Shown here piece by piece: positions 20,465 through 29,674 of a DNA stretch of 64,000 nucleotides. Numbering within the stretch: position 1 is the stretch's first letter; each line of letters begins with the position of its first letter. Origin of the DNA: a virus. Taxonomy: Duplodnaviria; Caudoviricetes. Below the pieces are notes generated by a model that saw nothing but the letters and a program-made list of their open reading frames with translations, did not search any database and was not told the origin of the DNA. Position numbers and translations under genes: made by a program. The DNA lies in IMG/VR virus record IMGVR_UViG_3300028864_000017; one strand, given 5' to 3'.

Positions 20465-21118
20465 ATGTTTTTTTTTAAAAGTAAAATAAATGAATTGACA
20501 TATTTACGTCAATATACACATCATAGTGATTATGATTCATCAGAAAAAATGAAATATGAATCAATTGATAGTATTATGAAATACTTCAGAAAAATGATTG
20601 ATATTGATGAAAAATGTGGATTATCAATAGAATCAAAATTTAAAGATGTTATTTATCCTGTTTTTGATTTAGATTGTAAATCTAAATATGAATTATTTAA
20701 AACTTTACATGAAGATACTCCATATGTAATATTCATAAGTAGTTGTAACGATGACGATGATGATGAAAAAAAATATCACTATTGGGGAATTATTGGAAAT
20801 TCTAACAAAAAATTCAAAGAATTAATATCAAATCAAAATTGGAAAATCTGCAATGATAATAATTATGTAAAATTTTCAACAGAAATAAGTAAAATTCTAA
20901 TTAGAGGAATATTTGAAAATAAAAATAGAAAGCCAAAATTATTTGAAAAAAATGGTATTCTATCTGAAGATTTTGAAATGTTCATATCTAAATTAGAAAG
21001 TCATTATAATACTAATGGCTTTGAATTGTCAGTATTAAGATATAAGAATACTGAACTATTGATACAATTCAATAGAAAATTAAAATTGAAAAAGATAAAT
21101 TATAGTGAAAAAGAATAA
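20465..21118 (+). CDS. Hypothetical protein with RxxKL tag
   Basis: YPVFDLD; ends NRKLKLKKI. Confidence 0.65.
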   Translation: MFFFKSKINELTYLRQYTHHSDYDSSEKMKYESIDSIMKYFRKMIDIDEKCGLSIESKFKDVIYPVFDLDCKSKYELFKTLHEDTPYVIFISSCNDDDDDEKKYHYWGIIGNSNKKFKELISNQNWKICNDNNYVKFSTEISKILIRGIFENKNRKPKLFEKNGILSEDFEMFISKLESHYNTNGFELSVLRYKNTELLIQFNRKLKLKKINYSEKE

Positions 21119-21275
21119 AAAAAATGAAAATATTTTTAATGTAGTTAACTTAGATTTTGCAAGCTTATATCCATCCTCATTTAAAATTGATGAACGATTG
21201 ATTGCTGAGCTAAATAGAAAAAAAACAAATGAAAAAAGACGGCAAAAGCTTGAAAAAATAAATAACTTAAAATGA
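21105..21275 (+). CDS. Mini-ORF carrying PolB motif A (LDFASLYPS) and RxxKL tag
   Basis: Frame reads FNVVNLDFASLYPSSFKIDE ... RRQKLEKINNLK-TGA, overlapping the next ATG; start is either GTG 21105 or ATG 21124 with a 1-nt frameshift. Confidence 0.55.
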   Translation: MKKNKKNENIFNVVNLDFASLYPSSFKIDERLIAELNRKKTNEKRRQKLEKINNLK

Positions 21276-21781
21276 AAAAAATAGTAAATGGATGTTTAAA
21301 TTGTCCTTTTTGTCATACTGAGTATGATTATGATACAATAGGAAAACCAGACACTGATGTATGTGTATTGTCAAATTATTTAAAATTAAATAATCCTTAT
21401 ATTGATTTGAATGAAAATGAATATAAACCAAAATGGTGTCCTCTTATAAATGATGATTATACTTTTAAATTTAAAGAATTTTCTGATAAAACAAAAAATG
21501 AGATACTAACTTTAAATAAAAAAATATCTGAAAATGAATACCAATATGGACAAGATTATGAAAATGATGAATTTGATTATATTGCGAATAACATAGAAAA
21601 CAAAGAATTATATAAAAAATTAGATGAATTGATGAATAATGATGAATTATCTGATTACAATGAAGACATCAAAGAAGAATTTAATAATAGTATAGATCAA
21701 GTTAAAAATCAATTGAAAAATTTAGAAGCACTTGGTACAAAATTAAACGATGAATTGAACAATTTAGGTAATATACATTAA
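21272..21781 (+). CDS. Cys-rich N-terminal domain plus coiled coil
   Basis: CLNCPFC ... C ... WCPL. Confidence 0.65.
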   Translation: MKKIVNGCLNCPFCHTEYDYDTIGKPDTDVCVLSNYLKLNNPYIDLNENEYKPKWCPLINDDYTFKFKEFSDKTKNEILTLNKKISENEYQYGQDYENDEFDYIANNIENKELYKKLDELMNNDELSDYNEDIKEEFNNSIDQVKNQLKNLEALGTKLNDELNNLGNIH

Positions 21782-21791
21782 TCTAAATATT

Positions 21792-22127
21792 ATGAAAATA
21801 ATACCTATAAAATCAAAAAAACAAGATAATGGTTTGTGGGGTATGCCTAAAAATTGTTATTATATCGAACACTATTTTCAATTAGAAGAAAGAAATGAAT
21901 TTATTTTATCTGCATTAATAAATTGTTTGAATACTAAATTTAATGAGAGATTTGAAATGTCTCTTTTGAGTGAAAAAAAGATTTATTTTAAATTTGAAAA
22001 ACATGGAACTGTGATTCTTTCATTTAATGATTATGAAGTATTTAATGATAAGTTGTATGAATTTGATAATGTTAATGAACATAATATTTTTATGAGAAAA
22101 CAGAAATTAATAGAAATTAATGTATAA
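21792..22127 (+). CDS. Hypothetical protein with RxxKL tag
   Basis: MRKQKLIEI. Confidence 0.65.
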   Translation: MKIIPIKSKKQDNGLWGMPKNCYYIEHYFQLEERNEFILSALINCLNTKFNERFEMSLLSEKKIYFKFEKHGTVILSFNDYEVFNDKLYEFDNVNEHNIFMRKQKLIEINV

Positions 22128-22410
22128 ATACAACAGCAATTCACCAGAATATCAAAAATTACTTGAAGAATTAAAATTATATTATATAAATATACTTAAA
22201 GAATCAGAGTTCGGATATAATGTATATAGTGTATTAAGATTTATGAAAAGTGATAATAACAATTATGATTATATTGTTTCTGTTAAATTAGAAAAAAAAT
22301 ATAAATTAACAGGATATCATTATGTTATAGAACATCATTATTTATCTGAACTTCAATTAAATAATATAAGCAGAATAAATAAACTGAATAAATTATGTCA
22401 GACAACATAG
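22120..22410 (+). CDS. Hypothetical protein with RxxKL tag, paralog of 22395
   Basis: LLEELKLYY ... LSELQL ... RINKLNKL. Confidence 0.65.
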   Translation: MYKYNSNSPEYQKLLEELKLYYINILKESEFGYNVYSVLRFMKSDNNNYDYIVSVKLEKKYKLTGYHYVIEHHYLSELQLNNISRINKLNKLCQTT

Positions 22411-22676
22411 TATCTAATTTAGATACTAAATCATATCTACTGTTATTAAGAGAATTGAAAAAATATTATAACAAAAAATTCAATAATAAATATGATTTTA
22501 GTATTCGTGAAATAGTTAAAGAATTCAATTCATCACTTTATACTGTAGTTATTATATTTCATTATAATAGTAAACATGATAGTTATGAAATTAAAATTTT
22601 AACTGAACTTCAAGTGATTTCAATATTGAGAATATCTAAACTAAATAAAATAAATGAAAGACACAGAATTAACTAA
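22395..22676 (+). CDS. Hypothetical protein with RxxKL tag, paralog of 22120
   Basis: LLRELKKYY ... LTELQV ... RISKLNKI. Confidence 0.65.
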   Translation: MSDNIVSNLDTKSYLLLLRELKKYYNKKFNNKYDFSIREIVKEFNSSLYTVVIIFHYNSKHDSYEIKILTELQVISILRISKLNKINERHRIN

Positions 22677-22923
22677 CGATGATTTTAAAGTAGGACAAAT
22701 TGTCACTTGTGTAACATTTGATGATAATGATTACTGGGATCAACATTTGACAGTAGGGAAAAAATATAAAATTGAGGATATTGATTGGCATTTTGAAAAT
22801 AAAATTGTGGTAAGAAGTGATAACAAAAAATTGAGTCAATTTGTACCAATACGATTTTTTTCTGATAAAAAAATAATTAGAAAAATGAAATTAGAAAAAC
22901 TGAATAAAATATGTACAAAGTAG
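22654..22923 (+). CDS. KOW/SH3-like protein with RxxKL tag
   Basis: FKVGQIVTCV, LTVGKKYKI, RKMKLEKL. Confidence 0.7.
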   Translation: MKDTELTNDDFKVGQIVTCVTFDDNDYWDQHLTVGKKYKIEDIDWHFENKIVVRSDNKKLSQFVPIRFFSDKKIIRKMKLEKLNKICTK

Positions 22924-23243
22924 GAGATATTATGGTTTGTATTGATAATACGCCTAAATCTGATAACATTTTTTATGATTTCATTTCATATTGTTTAAAA
23001 TACAAAAAATCAAATCCTTTAGAAATAAATAAAACATATACCATTAAAAAAATTCAATCATATTGGGATGATGATGGAAATTGCTATGAATTACTTGATG
23101 ATACTAGCAGTAGATATCAAAATACTTCATATATGTTAGAAGAAGTTGAGGAAATATATGGATATACAGTTTTTGATATAAATAGATTTATTGGGTTAAA
23201 AGAATATAGAACATCAAAACTAAAAAAATTAAATGAAATATGA
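22911..23243 (+). CDS. KOW/SH3-like protein with RxxKL tag
   Basis: MYKVGDIMVCID, LEINKTYTI, RTSKLKKL. Confidence 0.7.
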   Translation: MYKVGDIMVCIDNTPKSDNIFYDFISYCLKYKKSNPLEINKTYTIKKIQSYWDDDGNCYELLDDTSSRYQNTSYMLEEVEEIYGYTVFDINRFIGLKEYRTSKLKKLNEI

Positions 23244-23484
23244 CAAAATTATAGTTGGAGATTTTTTAATTTGCATTAAAAATGATTATACAAATGATAA
23301 CCTCATAACAGTAAATAAAGAATATAAAGTATTAGAAATAGGTAGAAATTATAGTACAATAACAATAATGACAGATGTTGGTATCATATGCGATATAATA
23401 TTTTATTCATTTTTCATTAGTAAAAGAATTTTAAGAAAAAATAAATTGAATAAATTGAATAAAATATTTTGTGAATTGGATTAA
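23233..23484 (+). CDS. KOW/SH3-like protein with RxxKL tag
   Basis: VGDFLICI, ITVNKEYKV, RKNKLNKL. Confidence 0.7.
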   Translation: MKYDKIIVGDFLICIKNDYTNDNLITVNKEYKVLEIGRNYSTITIMTDVGIICDIIFYSFFISKRILRKNKLNKLNKIFCELD

Positions 23485-23550
23485 TTGTTGTACATTTGCA
23501 AAAAATATTAAAAAATAGAATTAAATTAATTAAAAAAAGTAGGTAAAATT

Positions 23551-24945
23551 ATGATTGAGTTAAAAGGTAAATATACAGACGCTAAAATATTTATAGATGA
23601 AGTTGAAGAAGGAGTCTATACACAAATATACAATGTCATTAACTCAGAAACATCTAATGGGTTGAAAGTCAGACTAATGCCAGACGTGCATGTTGGCTCA
23701 GATATTTGTATTGGGTTTTCCATGGAATTGGGTAAGTATCTCAAACCAAGCACTATAGGTGTGGATATCGGCTGCGGGATGCTAAGTGCTAGATTTTCAG
23801 GTAGAACCACATTAGATTTAGAAAAAATTGATAATCTGATACGTGAAAATGTTCCTATGGGATTTGGTATGCACGAAGATATCAAATTTAAAAATATCCC
23901 TTTTGGTGATGTTCAAGTAATTGCAGATAACTTCATTGTAAAATTTAACGAAAAATTTGGGACATCTTATGATTCTCCATCATACAATGATAAATGGCTA
24001 ACATCTAAATTGAAAGATATTGGAATTGATGAAGGTAAATTTTACAAATCTATTGGTACATTAGGAGGTGGTAACCACTTTATTGAACTTGGTAAGTCAG
24101 ATAAGACTAATGATTATTGGGTAACAGTCCACTCTGGGTCAAGAAACTTTGGACTTAAAATTGCGGAATACTGGACTAAAGTTGCAAGAGGTAAAGTATT
24201 TGTTGCAACCAAAGAATATAACATGGAATTGGATGACATTACAATGAATACTTATCCTAAATCTGATATTGATAAAAAAATAAAAGAATTAAGGACAAGA
24301 TACAGTCTTAATATTGACAAAGAATATTTAGATGGTGAGTATCTTATTGGATATCTATTTGATATGATTTTTGCTCAACAATATGCTCTATGGAGTAGAA
24401 AAACAATGTTATCATTGATAAAAAAAGCATTGAATATCAAAAAGTTTGATGAAGAAATTCATTCAATACATAACTATGTTGATTTCAAAGATTTTATCAT
24501 AAGAAAAGGTGCAATCTCATCTTATGTTGGTGAAAAAATGATTATACCATTCAATATGAGAGATGGAATACTTATATGCGAAGGTAAATCAAATGAAGAT
24601 TGGAACAACTCAGCACCACATGGGTCTGGTCGTTTGATGTCAAGATCAAAAGCAAAAGAGTCAATTGATTTAAAAGATTTTCAGAAAGTAATGAAAGGTA
24701 TATATTCAACATCTGTATGTAAAAGTACAATTGATGAATCACCATTTGCTTACAAAAACTCTGATATGATTGAAAAAGCTATCGAGCCTACTGCATTAAT
24801 TCTTGATAAAATAAAACCAATCTTAAACATAAAAGATAAATCTGAAGGTACATCTTGGAAAGATAAGAAAGAGCAAAAAAAGAAAGATAAGCAACGTAAC
24901 AACGAAAGAAATGAAGTTTCTTATCAAAAGATGAAAAAATTCTAA
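23551..24945 (+). CDS. rtcB: RtcB RNA ligase
   Basis: MPDVHVG, GVDIGCG, GTLGGGNHFIE, VHSGSRN, IHNY, SAPHGSGR, DESPFAYK. Confidence 0.95.
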   Translation: MIELKGKYTDAKIFIDEVEEGVYTQIYNVINSETSNGLKVRLMPDVHVGSDICIGFSMELGKYLKPSTIGVDIGCGMLSARFSGRTTLDLEKIDNLIRENVPMGFGMHEDIKFKNIPFGDVQVIADNFIVKFNEKFGTSYDSPSYNDKWLTSKLKDIGIDEGKFYKSIGTLGGGNHFIELGKSDKTNDYWVTVHSGSRNFGLKIAEYWTKVARGKVFVATKEYNMELDDITMNTYPKSDIDKKIKELRTRYSLNIDKEYLDGEYLIGYLFDMIFAQQYALWSRKTMLSLIKKALNIKKFDEEIHSIHNYVDFKDFIIRKGAISSYVGEKMIIPFNMRDGILICEGKSNEDWNNSAPHGSGRLMSRSKAKESIDLKDFQKVMKGIYSTSVCKSTIDESPFAYKNSDMIEKAIEPTALILDKIKPILNIKDKSEGTSWKDKKEQKKKDKQRNNERNEVSYQKMKKF

Positions 24946-24947
24946 AT

Positions 24948-24985
24948 AAAAAAGGATGAAAAAATTATTTTCATCCTTTTTTTTT
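24948..24985 (+). terminator. Intrinsic terminator
   Basis: aaaaaggatgaaaa-aatta-ttttcatccttttttttt. Confidence 0.8.
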
Positions 24986-24992
24986 GCGAAAA

Positions 24993-25024
24993 TTTGTAAG
25001 ATACAAATAATTTTATTATCTTTG
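24993..25024 (+). promoter_or_regulatory. Bacteroidota sigma70 promoter
   Basis: TTTG (24993) - 20 nt - TATCTTTG (25017). Confidence 0.8.
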
Positions 25025-25038
25025 CACAAAATATAAAA

Positions 25039-25221
25039 ATGACAGAAGAAGATAGAAAAAAATATGAAGTAACTCTTAGAGAAAATCTATTAAAGCATAT
25101 TGATGATTTAAGAGAAAAAATTTCAAGTAATGAGATTTTTCCACATGGAAGTCAAGATTTAGAATCATTAGTTGAAATTGATGATAATATTGAAGCTTGT
25201 TTAAATTGTTGGTATTATTAA
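25039..25221 (+). CDS. Hypothetical protein
   Basis: ORF follows the promoter. Confidence 0.55.
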   Translation: MTEEDRKKYEVTLRENLLKHIDDLREKISSNEIFPHGSQDLESLVEIDDNIEACLNCWYY

Positions 25222-25231
25222 TCTTAAAAAT

Positions 25232-25510
25232 ATGAAACAAGTATTAGATGAAACTAAACAGATTCATTATGTAGATGAATGTGAGATTATAGAATTTATA
25301 ACAATAAATTCTAACATGGAATGGAACGACTGTTGCGATTATATAAGAGAGCATAATATATCATCAGTAGAAGGTATATCTCATTGGATAAAATCTGAAT
25401 TAATTGAAGAAAATAGAGATGATTATGACACAGAAGCATATTATTGGGTATTAGCTTTTTTTGAAGCACATCCTTGGATAAATAAAATGATGATTGTTTT
25501 TGACAGTTAA
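25232..25510 (+). CDS. Hypothetical protein
   Basis: ORF. Confidence 0.6.
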   Translation: MKQVLDETKQIHYVDECEIIEFITINSNMEWNDCCDYIREHNISSVEGISHWIKSELIEENRDDYDTEAYYWVLAFFEAHPWINKMMIVFDS

Positions 25511-25522
25511 AAAAATATATAA

Positions 25523-25582
25523 TGTCAATTTGTCATATACTATGACTCATTGTCATTATATTTGTTTTGGCATAAGATTTGA
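25523..25582 (+). promoter_or_regulatory. Putative sigma54-type promoter with upstream TGTCA repeats
   Basis: TGGCA-N6-TTGA at 25568-25582; TGTCA at 25523, 25531, 25551; GTCAT/ATGAC inverted repeat. Confidence 0.5.
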
Positions 25583-25606
25583 ATAATAAGAAGTAATTAA
25601 ATAATA

Positions 25607-25840
25607 ATGTTTAAATTAGGAGAAATTGTAGTTTGTATTGATGATAGTGATGATACTACTACATATGAACCATATAAAAATTTAAAAAAATACTCAACAT
25701 ATGAGGTAAAGAATGACGGATATTATTTTAATACTATTAGTGTTTCATTAACTGATATAAAAGGAAGATTCAGAGTAACAAGATTCATGTCTGTTAAAGA
25801 ATATAGAAAATTAAAATTAGAAAAATTAAATAAAAAATAA
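25607..25840 (+). CDS. KOW/SH3-like protein with RxxKL tag
   Basis: MFKLGEIVVCIDD ... YRKLKLEKL. Confidence 0.7.
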   Translation: MFKLGEIVVCIDDSDDTTTYEPYKNLKKYSTYEVKNDGYYFNTISVSLTDIKGRFRVTRFMSVKEYRKLKLEKLNKK

Positions 25841-25851
25841 AAAAGTAAATT

Positions 25852-27738
25852 ATGGGAAAAATTATTGGAATTGACTTGGGTTCATATAACTCAGCAGTAT
25901 CTATTGTAGAAGGTGGACAAACAATTGTCATACCTAATTCAGAAGGATCAGTATCAACACCATCTGTTGTTGCATTTGATGTGAAAACAGGAGAAATTAA
26001 AGTTGGTGATGCAGCTAAAAGGCAAGCAGCATTAAATCCAAAAAACACAATTTTTAATATCAAAAGACTTATTGGTAGAACTTATGACGAAGTTAAACAT
26101 CTAAAACGTCCTTATGACATTGTAGATAATAATGGTAAAGCTGCTGTAAAAATTGGAGATAGAATATATTCACCAGAAGAAATATCTGCAATCATTCTTC
26201 AAAAAATGAAAAAAACAGCAGAGGATTATCTTGGAGCAAATGTAGAAAGTGCTGTAATAACAGTACCAGCGTATTTTAATTCAGATGAAAGAAGTAGCAC
26301 AAAAGTAGCAGGAGAAATTGCTGGATTAAAAGTAGAAAGAATTATATCAGAACCAACTGCTGCTTCATTAAACATAAAAAATGAAACTGATAAATTATAT
26401 TTTATAATAGATAGTGGTGGTTGTACATCAGATTTTAGTTCAATTTCAATTGAAGATGGCTTATTTGAAGTAATAGCAACAGATGGTAGTTTAGATCTTG
26501 GAGGTAATTTAATTGATGATGCACTTGTTAATTACATTTCTGATGATTTTTTAAAAGAATCAGGAGTAGATATAAGAAAAGATCCTATGGCTCTTCAACG
26601 TGTCACAGAAGCAGCAGAAAAAGCAAAAATTGAGTTATCTAATGTTACACAAACAGAAATCAATTTACCTTATATTACTGCAGTTGACGGAACGCCAAAA
26701 CATTTAGTTAAAACTATAACTCGTGCCAAATTTGAACAATTAATTCAATTTTATGTTGACGAAACAATGAAATTAATTAAATCATCAATTAAAAAAAGCA
26801 ATAAGAATATAAGTGATATTGATGAAATTGTTCTTGTAGGAGGTAGCACAAGAATACCATATTTAGTAGATAACATTGAAAAATATTTTGGTAAGAAATC
26901 TAACAAGTCTCTTAACGCTGATACTGCCATAGCATCAGGGGCTGCTATACAAGGATCCGTTCTTGCTGGAGATACAACTGACATATTATTACTTGATGTT
27001 ACAGCGTTGAGCTTCTGTATTGAAACCATGGGTGGTGTATCAACTAAAATGATAGAAGCAAATACTACAATACCGACAAGTAAGTCACAGGTATTCAGTA
27101 CGGCTTCGGATAACCAACCAAGTGTCCAGGTTAATGTTTGTACAGGAGAAAGACCTATGTATGTAAACAACAAACACTTAGGTACATTTTCACTTGATGT
27201 TCCACCTGCTCGTAGAGGTACACCACAAGTAGAAATCACATTCAGCATTGATAGCAATTCTATTCTAACAGTCAAAGCTGTTGATAAAGCAACTGGAAAA
27301 TCCAATGATATTAGAATTGAAGGTAAATCATCGTTAACAAAAGAAGAGATTGAAAGAATGAAGAATGAAGCTGAACAAAATGCTGATTCAGATAAAAAAG
27401 AAAAAGAGAAAGTTGATAAACTTAATCAAGCAGATTCTATGATTTTTCAAACAGAAAAACAAATTGAAGATTTTTCTGATAAGTTAACTGAAGAAAACAA
27501 AACTGAATTGAATTCTAAGCTTGGTAATCTTAAAGAAGCTCACAAAACTCAAAATGTTGATACTATTGATAACTGCATTAAAGAATTGAATGATTCTTGG
27601 CAAAATATTAGTTCTAAGCTTTATGAAAAATCTCAAAATGAGTCAACAAATGATTCTAATCCAACAAATGAAACTCAATCACCTAATAAAGATGATTCTG
27701 AAAATGTGACAGACGTAGATTTTGAGGAAGTAAAATAA
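25852..27738 (+). CDS. dnaK: Hsp70/DnaK chaperone, divergent
   Basis: IIGIDLG, AVITVPAYF, LVGGSTRIP, ETMGG, DNQPSV, PPARRGTPQVEITF, C-terminal DVDFEEVK. Confidence 0.95.
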   Translation: MGKIIGIDLGSYNSAVSIVEGGQTIVIPNSEGSVSTPSVVAFDVKTGEIKVGDAAKRQAALNPKNTIFNIKRLIGRTYDEVKHLKRPYDIVDNNGKAAVKIGDRIYSPEEISAIILQKMKKTAEDYLGANVESAVITVPAYFNSDERSSTKVAGEIAGLKVERIISEPTAASLNIKNETDKLYFIIDSGGCTSDFSSISIEDGLFEVIATDGSLDLGGNLIDDALVNYISDDFLKESGVDIRKDPMALQRVTEAAEKAKIELSNVTQTEINLPYITAVDGTPKHLVKTITRAKFEQLIQFYVDETMKLIKSSIKKSNKNISDIDEIVLVGGSTRIPYLVDNIEKYFGKKSNKSLNADTAIASGAAIQGSVLAGDTTDILLLDVTALSFCIETMGGVSTKMIEANTTIPTSKSQVFSTASDNQPSVQVNVCTGERPMYVNNKHLGTFSLDVPPARRGTPQVEITFSIDSNSILTVKAVDKATGKSNDIRIEGKSSLTKEEIERMKNEAEQNADSDKKEKEKVDKLNQADSMIFQTEKQIEDFSDKLTEENKTELNSKLGNLKEAHKTQNVDTIDNCIKELNDSWQNISSKLYEKSQNESTNDSNPTNETQSPNKDDSENVTDVDFEEVK

Positions 27739-27767
27739 TTTTTTTAAAATAATTTAAAATAAAAAAT

Positions 27768-27794
27768 AAAGTCAGATTAGTTCTGGCTTTTTTT
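27768..27794 (+). terminator. Intrinsic terminator
   Basis: aaagtcaga-ttagt-tctggcttttttt; TATCTTTG promoter element follows at 27798-27805. Confidence 0.7.
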
Positions 27795-27833
27795 ATATAT
27801 CTTTGTATCACGAATATTAAAAAATTATAAAAC

Positions 27834-28076
27834 ATGTTCAATATAAATAGGAAACATCTTTGTAAGAAAAACTCAAAGTATTGTATTAAAGGTAATATTT
27901 ATGATATTCATATGATATCTTTTAATTGTATTTCAATATATTTGGATAATTATCCTATTTATGAAAATTTTATATTTGAGGAAGGTTATTATACATATTT
28001 AAATTTTTATGATTATTTTTATACTGAGAAGGAAGAAAGGAAATTAAAATTAGAAAATATTAAAAATGTCAGATAA
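27834..28076 (+). CDS. Hypothetical protein with RxxKL tag, paralog of 28066
   Basis: FYTEKEERKLKLENI. Confidence 0.65.
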   Translation: MFNINRKHLCKKNSKYCIKGNIYDIHMISFNCISIYLDNYPIYENFIFEEGYYTYLNFYDYFYTEKEERKLKLENIKNVR

Positions 28077-28365
28077 TAAAAAAATAAATAAAGAAAGGAA
28101 ATATCGTTGCAAAGAATCAATATATGGTTTTATAATAAATAAATATTATGAAATTAATGAGATATACACATATATGATTGAGATGCGTATTATTGTTAAT
28201 TATCAATATAATTATTATTGTTTCTCATTAGAAGATGATTATGATTCACTTCCTAATTTTAATAGATTTTTTTATTCTGAGAAAGAAGAAAGGAAAGTAA
28301 AATTAAAACAAATAGAAGAATCACAAAAAATCACAAAAAATAATAATATTTTACTTGAAGCATAA
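28066..28365 (+). CDS. Hypothetical protein with RxxKL tag, paralog of 27834
   Basis: FYSEKEERKVKLKQI. Confidence 0.65.
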   Translation: MSDNKKINKERKYRCKESIYGFIINKYYEINEIYTYMIEMRIIVNYQYNYYCFSLEDDYDSLPNFNRFFYSEKEERKVKLKQIEESQKITKNNNILLEA

Positions 28366-28408
28366 AAAATAGTTGTATCTTTGTATCATAATTATAAAAC
28401 TAAATCAA

Positions 28409-28588
28409 ATGGAAAATCCTTATTATCAAATGATGATTAAAAATGCAAGAGCATTTGTTCGATCAAGCAAAAATCAAGAAGATGTAGAAAATAGAATTTC
28501 TATTTTTGAAATTAGTGAGGTTCTTGCTATTTGCACTGGTAAATTAAAAGAAGATATCGTTATTGAACTCGCTGGATTTGATAAATAA
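28409..28588 (+). CDS. Hypothetical protein
   Basis: Start MENPYY follows promoter TATCTTTG at 28376-28383. Confidence 0.6.
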   Translation: MENPYYQMMIKNARAFVRSSKNQEDVENRISIFEISEVLAICTGKLKEDIVIELAGFDK

Positions 28589-28603
28589 TCTAAATATATT
28601 TAT

Positions 28604-28831
28604 ATGACGAAAGATGAAATTTTACAGCAAATTAAAAATGAAGCATTAAATAATATTGCTAAAATTTATAATCCAAAATATAAGTTTGATTATTATGAAT
28701 GTGATAATATAGGAGAGTATGGAGGTGAAGATGTAAGTTGTTCTGAACAAAGAGAGAACAAAATCAGTTCTATTATTGAAAAAATGAATAAAGACATTGA
28801 AGAAACTAAGAAAAAATATAAATTTAAATAA
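28604..28831 (+). CDS. Hypothetical protein
   Basis: ORF. Confidence 0.6.
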   Translation: MTKDEILQQIKNEALNNIAKIYNPKYKFDYYECDNIGEYGGEDVSCSEQRENKISSIIEKMNKDIEETKKKYKFK

Positions 28832-28834
28832 TTT

Positions 28835-29341
28835 ATGAATATATTAGAAAATTGCAAGAAAAAAATAGAAGAATGTTTTGGTATTATTGATTGGGAGTTT
28901 GTTGTAGTTCAGCCTGACAATGATGTCGTTACACACTATAGATTCAAAAACAAAGATGGTTATAAAGCCTTTGTGACAGTAATTAATGGAACTGAAATAT
29001 GGAGTCCTTTAGTCACTGATGCGAATGATGATGAAGTATTATCAATAAAAGACAATAGGATTGAAGAAAAGTATAAGGGTAGGGACAGAAGTGAAATAAA
29101 TACTGATGAAGCTATATTTTTATGTTATGTTGAAGATGATGTCATTTGTTGTGTTATTGATTATAAAGCAGAAGATGAATCATACGATGATATTGAATGT
29201 GTTAATCATCCAGATTTTAATGAATATTGGGATTGTGTTCAAGAGAATATTTTTGAAACTGATCATTTTACTACTATTGAATCTGCTAATGATTGGTTAA
29301 TATCAATTGGTATGGAATATGATTCAAAACTAAATCATTAA
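28835..29341 (+). CDS. Hypothetical protein
   Basis: Acidic 168-aa ORF. Confidence 0.6.
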   Translation: MNILENCKKKIEECFGIIDWEFVVVQPDNDVVTHYRFKNKDGYKAFVTVINGTEIWSPLVTDANDDEVLSIKDNRIEEKYKGRDRSEINTDEAIFLCYVEDDVICCVIDYKAEDESYDDIECVNHPDFNEYWDCVQENIFETDHFTTIESANDWLISIGMEYDSKLNH

Positions 29342-29352
29342 ATACTTCAGAA

Positions 29353-29658
29353 GTGAAAAATATCATATTTATTCTATTTTTATTTATGAGTAGTTATGTT
29401 TCATCTCAGAATAGAGTGACTACATCGGTAGGAGTTACACTTATATCTATTAAAGATACAACTATTAATACAGCCATGATGCTTGAAACCAACAAGACAT
29501 ATACATTATCAAAAGGAATGTCCATTCAATACATGAACAGAACATATGAAAGACCTTTAAATATTGTTAAAATGTCAAATGGTAAAGAAAAATGGACATA
29601 TGATAAAACTGTGGTGTATATGAAAGATGGAAAGATAGATATCATCAGGAATTTATAA
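29353..29658 (+). CDS. Secreted hypothetical protein
   Basis: Signal-peptide-like MKNIIFILFLFMSSYVSSQ. Confidence 0.6.
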   Translation: MKNIIFILFLFMSSYVSSQNRVTTSVGVTLISIKDTTINTAMMLETNKTYTLSKGMSIQYMNRTYERPLNIVKMSNGKEKWTYDKTVVYMKDGKIDIIRNL

Positions 29659-29674
29659 TAAAAATTAAATAATC

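Noticed and set aside
23616-23885. Minus-strand 89-aa ORF
   Set aside because: Antisense within rtcB
26751-27305. 184-aa antisense ORF in dnaK
   Set aside because: Antisense open frames are a known artefact of Hsp70 codon patterns
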